From NCBI GenBank assembly GCA_015063895.1, contig SVTG01000009.1, forward strand, positions 4,739 to 68,738: DNA of 64,000 nt, written 5' to 3'. This document shows positions 1 through 9,538 of the stretch, piece after piece. Each line of letters opens with the position of its first letter. The first letter of the stretch is position 1. This DNA is from Oscillospiraceae bacterium (GTDB lineage: Bacteria; Bacillota; Clostridia; Oscillospirales; CAG-272). A program made the translations under genes and the position numbers. Below the pieces are notes generated by a model. That model was not told the DNA's origin, did not search any database, and saw nothing but the letters and a program-made list of their open reading frames with translations.

Positions 1-1
1 A

Positions 2-754
2 TATGAGGTATGCCACGTAACGGTTTCTGCCCGCCACGTAATCCTCAATTTTACCTACACGCTCACGCTCAGCCAGCGGCAGATCGTCCCCCTGCACACC
101 AAGAACGGAGAGATCACCGTCAAGATAGGCCTCTATCAGGGCGATGGTATCATCGTCCATCTTTTCCCCGTAACGGTTGATGATCTTGATGCCGTTATCG
201 TGATACGGGTTATGTGAAGCGGTGATCATAATGCCGCAGTCAAACTCGTCACGGCGCGTCACGTAAGACACACTCGGGGTGGTGACCACGTGGAGCATAT
301 GCGCATCGGCACCCGATGCAGCGATACCCGCGGCAATGGCGTATTCGAGCATATAGCTTGAGCGCCTTGTATCCTTTCCTATCACGATGCGGGGGCGATA
401 GCCTGCATTCTTTGCACCCGAAAGGCGCGAGGAAAAATACCACCCGAGAAAGCGCCCTACCCGATACGCGTGCATAGAGGTCAACTCAGCATTGGCCTCG
501 CCGCGAAAGCCATCTGTGCCAAAATATTTATTTTTGACTCTGGCGCCGTCAACGGGCATCTGATCCCTGAGCAATGTATCGGCGGAAATATGAAACAGCT
601 CACACAGCATCAGTATTTTACCGATCTGAGGCTGCGCCTGATCCATCTCCCATTTAGAGACCGACTGTCTTGATACGGCCAGCCGTTCAGCCATTTGCTC
701 CTGCGTCATGCCCTGCGCCACACGAAGATGCGTTATTTTTTCACCAAGAGTCAT
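2..754 (-). CDS. glmM: XRE-HTH fused phosphoglucosamine mutase (5' part; runs off the window edge)
   Basis: Not in the ORF track. Manual translation from ATG 754 (AAGGAG RBS): MTLGEKITHLRVAQGMTQEQMAERLAVSRQSVSKWE (XRE HTH), continuing in frame into KYFGTDGFRG..IVIGKDTRRSSYMLE..GIMITASHNPYHDNGIK (phosphohexomutase motifs). Confidence 0.85.
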   Translation of the reverse strand, partial: MTLGEKITHLRVAQGMTQEQMAERLAVSRQSVSKWEMDQAQPQIGKILMLCELFHISADTLLRDQMPVDGARVKNKYFGTDGFRGEANAELTSMHAYRVGRFLGWYFSSRLSGAKNAGYRPRIVIGKDTRRSSYMLEYAIAAGIAASGADAHMLHVVTTPSVSYVTRRDEFDCGIMITASHNPYHDNGIKIINRYGEKMDDDTIALIEAYLDGDLSVLGVQGDDLPLAERERVGKIEDYVAGRNRYVAYLI

Positions 755-822
755 ATTGCGCTCCTTATCTGATAATTTAATACTATTGTATGTATATTAC
801 CACAAATATGCGTATATTTCAA

Positions 823-859
823 GCAACTTAGCCTTGATTTTCGCGCAACCGCAGGTTGC
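823..859. promoter_or_regulatory. Candidate operator boxes upstream of XRE-glmM
   Basis: GCAACCgcaGGTTGC (845-859) is a perfect palindrome; the related GCAACTTAGCCTTG (823-836) shares the CAA-N7-TTG spacing. Confidence 0.35.
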
Positions 860-976
860 CGCCTTTAAAATTTGACACCTTAGTGCCGTTTTAACGCTTG
901 ATTTTTTACGAACTAAACACAGATCTGTGCAGGATTTGCCAACAAAAAGTGTCAAGGCGCAGCCTTGCCACTTCCT

Positions 977-1189
977 TTATTTATCAAAATTCCGATCGTA
1001 AAGCAGCATGGCGATCAACACCACAAAGCAGGAGCCCGCATTGTGCACCAATGCCCCTGTGGTAGGATTCAGAATACCCAGCACCGACAGCACCACACCC
1101 ACCCGCGGCAATACGAAGCTGAGCAGCAAAAAGGCACCGCCAACAAGCGTCATCGGTATACCTGCTAAAAAATCGTTGAACCTTCTCAT
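977..1189 (-). pseudogene. Internally deleted heavy-metal (P1B) P-type ATPase remnant
   Basis: MRRFNDFLAGIPMTLVGGAFLLLS resembles the N-terminus and LSVLGILNPTTGALVHNAGSCFVV..LLYD the C-terminal helix of clostridial P1B ATPases. The catalytic core (DKTGT) is absent. Divergent from the TetR gene. Confidence 0.55.
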
Positions 1190-1203
1190 TTTCTCACCTT
1201 CTA

Positions 1204-1262
1204 TTGACAAATTTCAAAAACATCGGTATAATATATCTGTTACCGAACATTCTGTACGGTAA
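1204..1262 (+). promoter_or_regulatory. SigA promoter plus palindromic operator for the TetR gene
   Basis: TTGACA(1204)-N17-TATAAT(1227); TTACCGAACATTCTGTACGGTAA palindrome at 1240-1262, half site repeated near 1317. Confidence 0.6.
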
Positions 1263-1354
1263 AATTGCATCCAAAAGCTTGTCAAAAATCAACAACCAAT
1301 TCAAAATAAATGTATCTTACCGAACATTTTATTAAATTTGTATGGAGAAAGGGC

Positions 1355-1924
1355 ATGGATAGAAGGCAACGGAAAACCAGAGAAGCCATATTTGACGCAT
1401 TCACGCACTTACTGGAAAAGCAAGCCTATCATCAAATCACCGTTCAGGATATTATCGACAAAGCCGATATTGGCAGAGCAACCTTTTACGCACATTTTGA
1501 AACAAAGGACTATCTGTTAAAGGATCTGTGTCAGACGCTGTTTGGACATATTGTGGATACCGCTACGGGCGTGCCGCACACACACAGCCACCGCGCCTAC
1601 GGCAAGGCCGACGACACGGTCTTTTTGCATTTACTGCGCCACCTTCGGGAAAACGACCGTAATATTCTGGCATTGCTCAATTCACAAAACAACGAGATCT
1701 TTTTACAATACTTCAAAACCAATCTGAAGGATCTTGTCAAAACGCAGTTTTCCGATGCGGGAAGACTCACACAGTCACCGCTGCCCACAGATTTTTTGGT
1801 CAACCACATTTCCGTATCCTTTGTGGAAACCGTAAGCTGGTGGCTGAGTCACGGCATGCAGGAGTCGCCCGAGACGATAGCAGCATATTTTTCAACCGTC
1901 ATCACACCCTTCATAACAAAATAA
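1355..1924 (+). CDS. TetR/AcrR family transcriptional regulator
   Basis: MDRRQRKTREAI..ITVQDIIDKADIGRATFYAHF TetR HTH. Confidence 0.9.
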   Translation: MDRRQRKTREAIFDAFTHLLEKQAYHQITVQDIIDKADIGRATFYAHFETKDYLLKDLCQTLFGHIVDTATGVPHTHSHRAYGKADDTVFLHLLRHLRENDRNILALLNSQNNEIFLQYFKTNLKDLVKTQFSDAGRLTQSPLPTDFLVNHISVSFVETVSWWLSHGMQESPETIAAYFSTVITPFITK

Positions 1925-2066
1925 TCGCAGCTCACGGTGGGGGCTAAGAAAAATATTTTTTCATAAAGCCCCTTTACAGTTGGCAAGATCTTATCTATAA
2001 TATATAAATACAAAATAGGATCGGCAGCTTTTATTTTGCCGATCTGCGATCAAGCGAGGAACAACT

Positions 2067-3497
2067 ATGAGAAAAATCGAACCGCAACAAATCAAAAAGT
2101 ATCGGTTACGCCGAGGATTGTCGCAGCAGGAATTGGCACGCAAGCTTGGTGTCAGTGCCCGTGCCGTTTCAAAATGGGAGCTTGGATATGCTCAGCCCAG
2201 CGCCAATAATCTGGTTGCCTTATCACAAATTTTAGGCAAAAGTATAGAAAGCTTTTTGACCGAGCCCGAGAAAACACAGCAAGCACCGCCGCACACGGGT
2301 ATGAAATCCTTGCTTGAGCTTTTTAAGATCGGCAGAGGCCCCTCCAGCTCGCATACCATGGGACCGGAAAGAGCCTGCAAGGCAGTTCTTGTACAGTATC
2401 CCGAAGCGGACGCCTTTGAGGTTATTTTGTATGGCTCTCTGGCAAAAACAGGCAAGGGACACGGTACGGACACCATCATTCAAAAAACGCTCTCTCCCCT
2501 GCCGTGCAAGGTCATTTTCAATGCCGAAGCCACCGATATTCCCCACCCCAATACCATGGATATCATCGCTTTTAAAAACGGCACCGAGCAGGCAAGAGCC
2601 CGCGTCCTCAGTATTGGCGGCGGCAGCATTTTATTTGAAAACGAAAGCCTTGTGCAAACGCCCGACGTTTACCGTGAAAGCACGTTCAGCGACATTGCAG
2701 CCTACTGTAAAGCACATGCCATGCGCCTATGGCAATATGCGGCAGAAATGGAGGGTGAGGGGCTTTGGCCTTATATGGCAGAGGTGTGGCAGACCATGAA
2801 GCAGGCCGTGCAAAACGGTCTGCTTGACGAGGGCACCTTGCCCGGGGGCCTTGAGGTCAGAAAAAAAGCAAGATCCCTTTTCGGAAATCAGCATATTGAC
2901 GAGAGCCCCGAAACGCGCGAAAACCGTATGGTCTGCGCCTTTGCCTTTGCCGTCAGCGAGCAAAATGCATCGGGTGAGAAGATCGTCACCGCCCCCACCT
3001 GCGGTGCCGCAGGTGTGCTGCCCGCCGTGCTTTACTATCAGCAGCAAAAAAACAATTACAGCGACACTCAGATCATACAGGCACTGGTAAGTGCGGGTAT
3101 CATCGGCAACCTCATCAAAACCAACGCCTCGATCTCGGGCGCGGAGTGCGGCTGCCAGGCGGAGATCGGCAGCGCATGTGCCATGGCGGCCGCCGCGCTG
3201 GCAGAGCTCTTTATGCTTGACATTGACAAGATCGAGTACGCCGCTGAGATCGCGATCGAGCATCATCTGGGGCTTACCTGCGATCCCATCTGCGGTCTTG
3301 TGCAGATCCCCTGTATCGAGCGCAATGCCGTCGCTGCCATGCGTGCTATCAACGCCGTGAGCCTGGCGAGCTTTTTATGGGACTCGCGTAAGATCTCCTT
3401 TGATAAGGTAGTAAAAACCATGAAGGAAACGGGGCGCGATCTTTCCACACGCTACAAGGAGACCTCGGAGGCGGGGCTTGCCAAGATCAAGCTTTAA
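2067..3497 (+). CDS. sdaA: XRE-HTH fused iron-sulfur L-serine dehydratase (beta+alpha single chain)
   Basis: N-terminal LSQQELARKLGVSARAVSKWE HTH, then IGRGPSSSHTMGP, GKGHGTD, TAPTCGAAG, GAECGCQAEIG, GLTCDPICGLVQIPCIERN. Confidence 0.9.
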   Translation: MRKIEPQQIKKYRLRRGLSQQELARKLGVSARAVSKWELGYAQPSANNLVALSQILGKSIESFLTEPEKTQQAPPHTGMKSLLELFKIGRGPSSSHTMGPERACKAVLVQYPEADAFEVILYGSLAKTGKGHGTDTIIQKTLSPLPCKVIFNAEATDIPHPNTMDIIAFKNGTEQARARVLSIGGGSILFENESLVQTPDVYRESTFSDIAAYCKAHAMRLWQYAAEMEGEGLWPYMAEVWQTMKQAVQNGLLDEGTLPGGLEVRKKARSLFGNQHIDESPETRENRMVCAFAFAVSEQNASGEKIVTAPTCGAAGVLPAVLYYQQQKNNYSDTQIIQALVSAGIIGNLIKTNASISGAECGCQAEIGSACAMAAAALAELFMLDIDKIEYAAEIAIEHHLGLTCDPICGLVQIPCIERNAVAAMRAINAVSLASFLWDSRKISFDKVVKTMKETGRDLSTRYKETSEAGLAKIKL

Positions 3498-3621
3498 ATG
3501 CCCGTACGGCTGTATATTTTACATTTTCCCCTTGCAATATTTTCTTTTACTATGCTATAATAATTTTGCCGGTGCAGTAAGTCGCACGGCCAAATTTCAA
3601 AAAAAGGATCTGATATACCAA

Positions 3622-4449
3622 ATGAAGCTTCAATATCTCGGCACTGCCGCAGCAGAAGGCATTCCCGGCATTTTTTGTGAATGTGAGACCTGTAAAAAGG
3701 CTTTGGCACTCGGAGGCAGACACATCCGCACACGCAGTCAGGCTGTCATTGACGATGCATTGCTCATCGACCTACCCGCCGACACGTATCTGCATTATTT
3801 ACAGCACAGGTTCCCCCTTTACGCCATCAAGCAATGCCTGATCACGCACTCCCACGCCGATCATCTTTATCCCTTAGAGCTTGAAATGATCAAAAGGGGC
3901 TATGCGCACCTTGCCGACCACTCGCCCCTGCACATCTACGCTGACGTTGACGGCTACAATCAGATCAGAGCCGTTGTAAAGGCCTTTGATATCAGCGAGA
4001 TCAAGCTTCATATGCTACGGCTGAACACCCCCTTTGCCGTGGGTGACTATACCGTAACCGCACTGCGCGCCGCACACGACAGAAGCTCCTCGCCCGTAGT
4101 GTATATCATTGAAAAAGACGGCAAGTCACTCTTTTATTCTAACGACACCAGTGAATATCCCGCCGAAAGTCAAGCATATCTACGCACCCTGCAAAAGCCG
4201 CTTGACCTAATTTCCCTAGACTGCACCGAGGCCTGTAACACACACACCTACGAGGGGCACCTCACGCTCTCTCGGTGCGTCACACTGCGCGATGAGCTAC
4301 TACGCATGGGCGCGGCAGACGCACATACCAAATTCATTCTCAACCACTTTTCTCACAACGGCAAAAACGTGTCTTACGATGAATTTGCGCCCCTGGCCGC
4401 TGCCGAGGGGTTTGACATATCGTATGACGGCATGACCGTTGAAATTTAA
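3622..4449 (+). CDS. MBL-fold metallo-hydrolase (PhnP-like)
   Basis: YLGTAAAEGIP..CECETC, THSHADH motif, NHFSHN, YDGM C-terminus. Confidence 0.85.
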   Translation: MKLQYLGTAAAEGIPGIFCECETCKKALALGGRHIRTRSQAVIDDALLIDLPADTYLHYLQHRFPLYAIKQCLITHSHADHLYPLELEMIKRGYAHLADHSPLHIYADVDGYNQIRAVVKAFDISEIKLHMLRLNTPFAVGDYTVTALRAAHDRSSSPVVYIIEKDGKSLFYSNDTSEYPAESQAYLRTLQKPLDLISLDCTEACNTHTYEGHLTLSRCVTLRDELLRMGAADAHTKFILNHFSHNGKNVSYDEFAPLAAAEGFDISYDGMTVEI

Positions 4450-4455
4450 AACGCT

Positions 4456-5370
4456 ATGGCGCACACCTATCTTACAGACTGCCGTCTGCCCCCCGAGCAA
4501 ATACGGCGCTATAACGGCCGACTTATTGAGCTTTTCAGCCTGTACTTAAATCTGATGCCAAGCGCCATTGACAAGGAAATGATAAACGATCTGGCAAGCA
4601 CCTGCCAAATCTCGCGCGCCGAGGCATTTGCCCAATACCTGGCCGCGATGGCGGGGCTTGAGGCCGAGGGACGCGACCGCAGCTTTTTCCGCTATTGGCT
4701 CTTGCCCTCTATTCGCGAATTACAGGCGCGCGACTATACGAGCGATGCCTATTTTCAAAGCATCAAGATCCCGAATGCCACAGTTGGCAAATGGGAGCTG
4801 AAGACCGAAAGCCTGCGACCGTTTGAAGCATTTGTATGCAACGATTTTGTAGTAACCAAGGACGGGCGCATGCTACCGCAGATCGGCTTTTTTGAAGAGG
4901 AATATCCCTTTCCCGCTGTGCTGGAAAACGGCTGCGAATGGATGACCCTGCAGCCAAACGAGATGGTGACCACAACTCCCGCCGTCAAAGCCGCACACGG
5001 ACGCGTTGTGACCTTTGGCTTGGGACTTGGCTATTTTGCTTACCACGCCGCCGAAAAGCCCGAGGTTAAATGTGTTACGGTGGTGGATATCAGTGAGGAC
5101 GTGATCGACCTGTTCAAAACACATATTCTGCCGCAGTTTCCGCACAAGGAAAAGATCAAGCTGGTAAAAGAGGACGCCTTCACATTTGCCGACACCCGTC
5201 TTGAGGGAGAGTTTGATTTTGTGTTTGCCGATATCTGGCACGATGCGGGTGACGGCAAAGAGCTTTATTTAAGAATGAAGGAGTATGAAAAAAAATACCC
5301 CGATATTCATTTCACCTATTGGCTGGAGGACACCCTTAGATGCTATCTTGATCGGAGTCTTTGGCCCTGA
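4456..5370 (+). CDS. Class I SAM-dependent methyltransferase / spermidine-synthase-like protein
   Basis: VVTFGLGLGY motif I, VTVVD, EDAF, FDFVFADIW. Confidence 0.65.
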   Translation: MAHTYLTDCRLPPEQIRRYNGRLIELFSLYLNLMPSAIDKEMINDLASTCQISRAEAFAQYLAAMAGLEAEGRDRSFFRYWLLPSIRELQARDYTSDAYFQSIKIPNATVGKWELKTESLRPFEAFVCNDFVVTKDGRMLPQIGFFEEEYPFPAVLENGCEWMTLQPNEMVTTTPAVKAAHGRVVTFGLGLGYFAYHAAEKPEVKCVTVVDISEDVIDLFKTHILPQFPHKEKIKLVKEDAFTFADTRLEGEFDFVFADIWHDAGDGKELYLRMKEYEKKYPDIHFTYWLEDTLRCYLDRSLWP

Positions 5371-5377
5371 AAGAACG

Positions 5378-5408
5378 AGGCGCGGCAGCTTGCCGCGCCC
5401 TTCTTTTC
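5378..5408 (+). terminator. Intrinsic terminator
   Basis: GGCGCGGCAG-C-TTGCCGCGCC hairpin followed by TTCTTTT. Confidence 0.65.
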
Positions 5409-5438
5409 AAAAAAATGCATAAAAATTTCAAAAAGCAC

Positions 5439-5467
5439 TTGACAAACGCAGCCGGGAGTGCTAAACT
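5439..5467 (+). promoter_or_regulatory. SigA promoter of the T-box leader
   Basis: TTGACA-N17-TAAACT with an extended TG. Confidence 0.65.
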
Positions 5468-5475
5468 ATCGGCAT

Positions 5476-5745
5476 AAAGGCTATGACCGAAAATCAGTAC
5501 GTATGGTGTTCACGCGCAGAGAGCCGCCGGGTGGTGTAAGGCGGTAGGGGCACGATACCGAATACATTTCGCGAGCTGTGCACCGAAAGGCCTTTTGCCC
5601 GGTAGGCTGTAACGGGAACGCCCGTTAACGCGTGAGGACATGTTTGTGTCGCTAAGGCCGTGCCCGTGAGAGCACGGTAAAATGAGGTGGTACCGCGTAT
5701 CTTTTGATCCGCCCTCGCTGTTTCACAGAGGGGCGGTTTTTTTGT
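5476..5745 (+). ncRNA. T-box riboswitch (probable Tyr specifier UAC)
   Basis: AGAGA and GGTGTAAG stem I motifs; GAA-TAC-A specifier loop (5563-5565); T-box AATGAGGTGGTACCGCG at about 5681-5697; terminator CCGCCCTC..GAGGGGCGG-TTTTTTT. Confidence 0.85.
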
Positions 5746-5790
5746 GCCTCGCCACTCTTGTAAATTTCACAAAGAAAGGAATGATGAACA

Positions 5791-7416
5791 ATGGCACAGC
5801 AAACGATCAACGTACTTGTAACCCTCCCCTTTATCCTGCTCTTTTTCGGCTTGATGATCTTTGTGGGAATTTATTGCCGCAAGCACGCAACAAACGTCAA
5901 CGGCTTTGTGCTGGGCGGACGCAGCGTGGGGCCCTGGCTCACCGCCTTTGCCTTTGGCACCTCCTACTTTTCGGCTGTTATTTTCGTTGGCTACGCAGGG
6001 CAATTCGGTTGGAATTTCGGTCTTGCCTCCACGTGGATCGGTCTTGGCAACGCCTTTATCGGCTCCCTGCTCGCATGGGTGATCCTTGGTCGCCGCACGC
6101 GTATTATGACGCAGGCTCTCGGCTCGCGCACGATGCCGGACTTTTTTGAAAAGCGCTACGCCTCCAAGCCCTTGAAGATCGCGGCCTCCTTTATCGTGTT
6201 CGTATTCCTGATCCCCTACACCGCATCGCTTTACAACGGCCTTTCGGGCCTGTTCCACGCAGCCTTTGATATTCCTTACGCAGTTGTAGTGATCGTTATG
6301 GCAGCGCTGACGGGTGTATACGTCATTTTCGGCGGCTACATGGCCACCGCCATCAACGACTTCATTCAAGGCATTATTATGCTGGTGGGTATCGTTGCGG
6401 TGATCGCAGCGGTATTAAACGCCAACGGCGGTGCAGGTGAGGCTATTTTCAAGCTTTCGCAGATCCCCTCGACCTACCCCGAAACGCTGGGGCAGCAGGG
6501 CGCCTTCACCTCATTCTTCGGCACCCAGCCCCTTTACCTGCTCGTGGTGGTCCTGCTGACCTCGCTCGGCACGTGGGGCCTGCCGCAGATGGTGGGCAAA
6601 TTCTACTCGATCAAAAACGAGGACGCCATCAAAAAGGGCACCGTGATCTCCACCCTGTTTGCGATCGTCGTAGCAGGCGGCTGCTACTTCCTTGGCGGCT
6701 TTGGCCGACTTTACACCACCAACCCCGCGATCTACAAGGACGGGATCCTCGGTGGCGTTGTATTAAACGACCGCATCGTGCCCGCCATGCTCGCTTCCCT
6801 GCCCGCGATCATTATCGCATTGGTGATCGTGCTGGTGCTTTCCGCCTCGATGTCAACACTCTCCTCGTTGGCTCTTACCTCCTCCTCAACACTCGCTCTT
6901 GACGTGATCCTGCCTGCCGTGAACAAAAAACGCGAGAAAAAGGTAAATGAGACAAAATCGGTTCTCATTATGCGATTGCTGATCGTATTTTTCATTGCCC
7001 TTTCTGCCGTCATTGCCATTCTCAAGGACACCGTATGGGCAGACTCGGTATTTATTGCACAGATGATGGGCATTTCCTGGGGCGCGCTGGCAGGTGCATT
7101 CCTTGCCCCGTTCCTGTACGGCCTTTACAGCAAAAAGATCTCAAAGCCCGCCGTTGCCACCTGCTTTGTGTTCGGCACGGGTCTTGAGATCGTGCAGCTT
7201 CTGATCAGTATGAAGGTGTTTACCGTGTCCGGTGGCTTCTTTGGCTTTATCTTTAAGAACTCGCTCTACTCCGGTGTGTTTGCCATGCTCGCAGGACTTG
7301 TGCTGGTACCGCTGGTCAGCGCCTTCACGCAGAAATGGGTACCCCAAAGCACCGAGGAAACCTTCAGCTGCTTTGACTGCTGCGTAACCACCGATATCAC
7401 CGACTCGCTCGGCTAA
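5791..7416 (+). CDS. Sodium:solute symporter (SSS/PutP family), probably amino-acid uptake
   Basis: FVLGGRSVGPW, SYFSAVIFVGYAG, FGGYMATAINDFIQG, SASMSTLSS; many TM helices. Confidence 0.9.
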   Translation: MAQQTINVLVTLPFILLFFGLMIFVGIYCRKHATNVNGFVLGGRSVGPWLTAFAFGTSYFSAVIFVGYAGQFGWNFGLASTWIGLGNAFIGSLLAWVILGRRTRIMTQALGSRTMPDFFEKRYASKPLKIAASFIVFVFLIPYTASLYNGLSGLFHAAFDIPYAVVVIVMAALTGVYVIFGGYMATAINDFIQGIIMLVGIVAVIAAVLNANGGAGEAIFKLSQIPSTYPETLGQQGAFTSFFGTQPLYLLVVVLLTSLGTWGLPQMVGKFYSIKNEDAIKKGTVISTLFAIVVAGGCYFLGGFGRLYTTNPAIYKDGILGGVVLNDRIVPAMLASLPAIIIALVIVLVLSASMSTLSSLALTSSSTLALDVILPAVNKKREKKVNETKSVLIMRLLIVFFIALSAVIAILKDTVWADSVFIAQMMGISWGALAGAFLAPFLYGLYSKKISKPAVATCFVFGTGLEIVQLLISMKVFTVSGGFFGFIFKNSLYSGVFAMLAGLVLVPLVSAFTQKWVPQSTEETFSCFDCCVTTDITDSLG

Positions 7417-7419
7417 AAT

Positions 7420-7458
7420 AAAAAACAGGCGCTCTCACACGGTGAGAGCGCCTGTTTT
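7420..7458. terminator. Bidirectional intrinsic terminator
   Basis: AAAACAGGCGCTCTCAC/GTGAGAGCGCCTGTTTT between convergent genes. Confidence 0.8.
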
Positions 7459-7461
7459 GCG

Positions 7462-9381
7462 TTAAACATCTCTGTAGCGGCGCATATAACGCACGAAATG
7501 CGTATTCTTGTAAAGACACACGTCAAAGACCTCGTGCACGTGGGGCTCGATGCGATATGCCGTTTCGGTCAACGCCGCCTTGGCAGCCTCGCGCGCCGCC
7601 TCGTCACCGCCGCCGAACAACGCCTCGTGCCAATCGGCGTAGGAAAGCACGAGATCGGCGTGGTAGGCAAGATAACGGCGAGAGGGGTTAACATCGTCGT
7701 AGCAAAGGCCGCGCTCTCGACGGAAGGCCTGCACCAGCGCCCTTGCCTTGCGGCAATTTTCCTTGACGAGCCCATCGTTTTGCTCACGCTCACCGCGCAC
7801 GCGGGGTGGATCGAAAAGTGCCGAAAGCGTATCAAGATAACGGCGCACAGCCTCGCCCTCATCGCCAAAGGCCGCGGTAAAATATTCCCTCACGATCTCC
7901 TCAAAAGACGAACTCTTATCCCACAGCGCCCTTGCCATCGCGTATTGCGGCAGACCCGTGGGGAAGGCCGCACGCTGCAGCTGGCAGCTGACCATACCAT
8001 CAAGCCCCAGCTTGTAAAGCCCCGCCATATCGGCGTGCAGGATGCGGGCGCATTCCATATAGCCGGGGTCCACGTCGTGGTCCCACATCAGATGGTAATC
8101 AAAATCAAAGCTGTCGCCCGAGAGCTGCTCCTTTTGCCACGTTTGCAGCAACGCCATGTTCTCCGCTACCGACTTCGGCAGCGTCAGCTGATTGCGCACG
8201 TAGGGCGGCAACGAAAGCCGCTCACCCACATCAAATTCGGCAAAAGCATTGGAATAGGTACGGGTGATCGGAGCAAACATCAATACAAATCGATCGGGAT
8301 TTTGAATTTTTTCGCGCTCGGGAGCCCAGAGCAGATCCACGTAAACAAGGCACACGATGCGCGTAGATATGTTTTCAGCCGCGAGACGCGCATCCAGCTC
8401 GTTTAAAAGCATCACGTAAAAATCCGACGGACGCGCCACGGCGCACGCGGCACATTCACAATGATTGTTGCTGCCGTCCGCCAACCAGAAATGCAGGAAA
8501 TTGACCTGCTTGTGTTCCTTACAATAGGCAACCACAGCATCGATCATACGCCGACGTGCCTCACGGTTTGAGTAGCAAAGATTGGTATTAAGCGCCACGC
8601 CACCACGCAGACCGCGCTTGCCGTTCAGCTCAGCAAGAAAAGGCAACGCCTCGGGCGGCACCGCGCTCTCGTCACTTTGACTCCAGCCATTGCCATCAAG
8701 CCCAAACGGCTCGCAGGTCCAGCCGTGCCCCATCGCGTGATAATCAAGCGAGCGCTTGGCGATCTCCTCCTCAAGACGCCCGAGAATATGTGCAATATCC
8801 GCATCAGTCACGGGTGAATAGGGCATGTAGGGATTTTCAGTCTGATTATAAAAGCGCTTGAAAAAAACAGAAGGAGTTTTAAACTGCACAAAATAACCGT
8901 TCATGCCGACCTTCGGAAGCCAGTCAATGGTATTATAAACATGCTCATAGCCAACGGCACCCTCAATACAAATGGCGCGATGGCGGTAAGAGGGGCGATC
9001 TTCCAGATGCAACGTCAGCACAGCAGCATCAAGCGTGCGCGCAGGGACCACCTCTCCGCTCTTGCCCGGGAACAAAAAGCGGCACCCAAGCGCCTGCAGT
9101 AAACGGTAAACGGCAATCAGAACGCTGCGCTCATTGGCGGCGGTAATAGACCCCTTTCCCCCGTTTAAAGCAATACAAAAGCCGTCGTGATCAGCAGAAT
9201 ACGGCATGCTGCCGTCAAGCCCCAGCCAAATGGCATCGGAGGTGCTCTCCTCCTTTTTATCATACACACGCTCCTGCACGAACAGCGTGCGATCCATCAT
9301 TTTCAAGTAGCGCGCCAGCTCGCTTGCCGCAAAGGCCACTGTCGGGTGCGTTCCCACCCTTGCCAACGTCAGAATCATCAT
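7462..9381 (-). CDS. DUF4838-like putative glycoside hydrolase-related protein
   Basis: FAASELARYL, LGCRFLFPG, PSYRHRA, LCYSN, HCECAAC pattern; GGAGG RBS before ATG 9381. Confidence 0.6.
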   Translation of the reverse strand: MMILTLARVGTHPTVAFAASELARYLKMMDRTLFVQERVYDKKEESTSDAIWLGLDGSMPYSADHDGFCIALNGGKGSITAANERSVLIAVYRLLQALGCRFLFPGKSGEVVPARTLDAAVLTLHLEDRPSYRHRAICIEGAVGYEHVYNTIDWLPKVGMNGYFVQFKTPSVFFKRFYNQTENPYMPYSPVTDADIAHILGRLEEEIAKRSLDYHAMGHGWTCEPFGLDGNGWSQSDESAVPPEALPFLAELNGKRGLRGGVALNTNLCYSNREARRRMIDAVVAYCKEHKQVNFLHFWLADGSNNHCECAACAVARPSDFYVMLLNELDARLAAENISTRIVCLVYVDLLWAPEREKIQNPDRFVLMFAPITRTYSNAFAEFDVGERLSLPPYVRNQLTLPKSVAENMALLQTWQKEQLSGDSFDFDYHLMWDHDVDPGYMECARILHADMAGLYKLGLDGMVSCQLQRAAFPTGLPQYAMARALWDKSSSFEEIVREYFTAAFGDEGEAVRRYLDTLSALFDPPRVRGEREQNDGLVKENCRKARALVQAFRRERGLCYDDVNPSRRYLAYHADLVLSYADWHEALFGGGDEAAREAAKAALTETAYRIEPHVHEVFDVCLYKNTHFVRYMRRYRDV

Positions 9382-9538
9382 ACGTCCTCCTTTGATGATA
9401 AGCCTCAACTTTAGTATAAATGATATTTTACGAAAAGATAGCAATATTTTGCGAGTTTGAGAAAATTTTTACAAAAGATTGCCTTTCACGGGCAATTATG
9501 CTATAATAAGACAACGCCATTTTCAAAAGGAGACCCTT

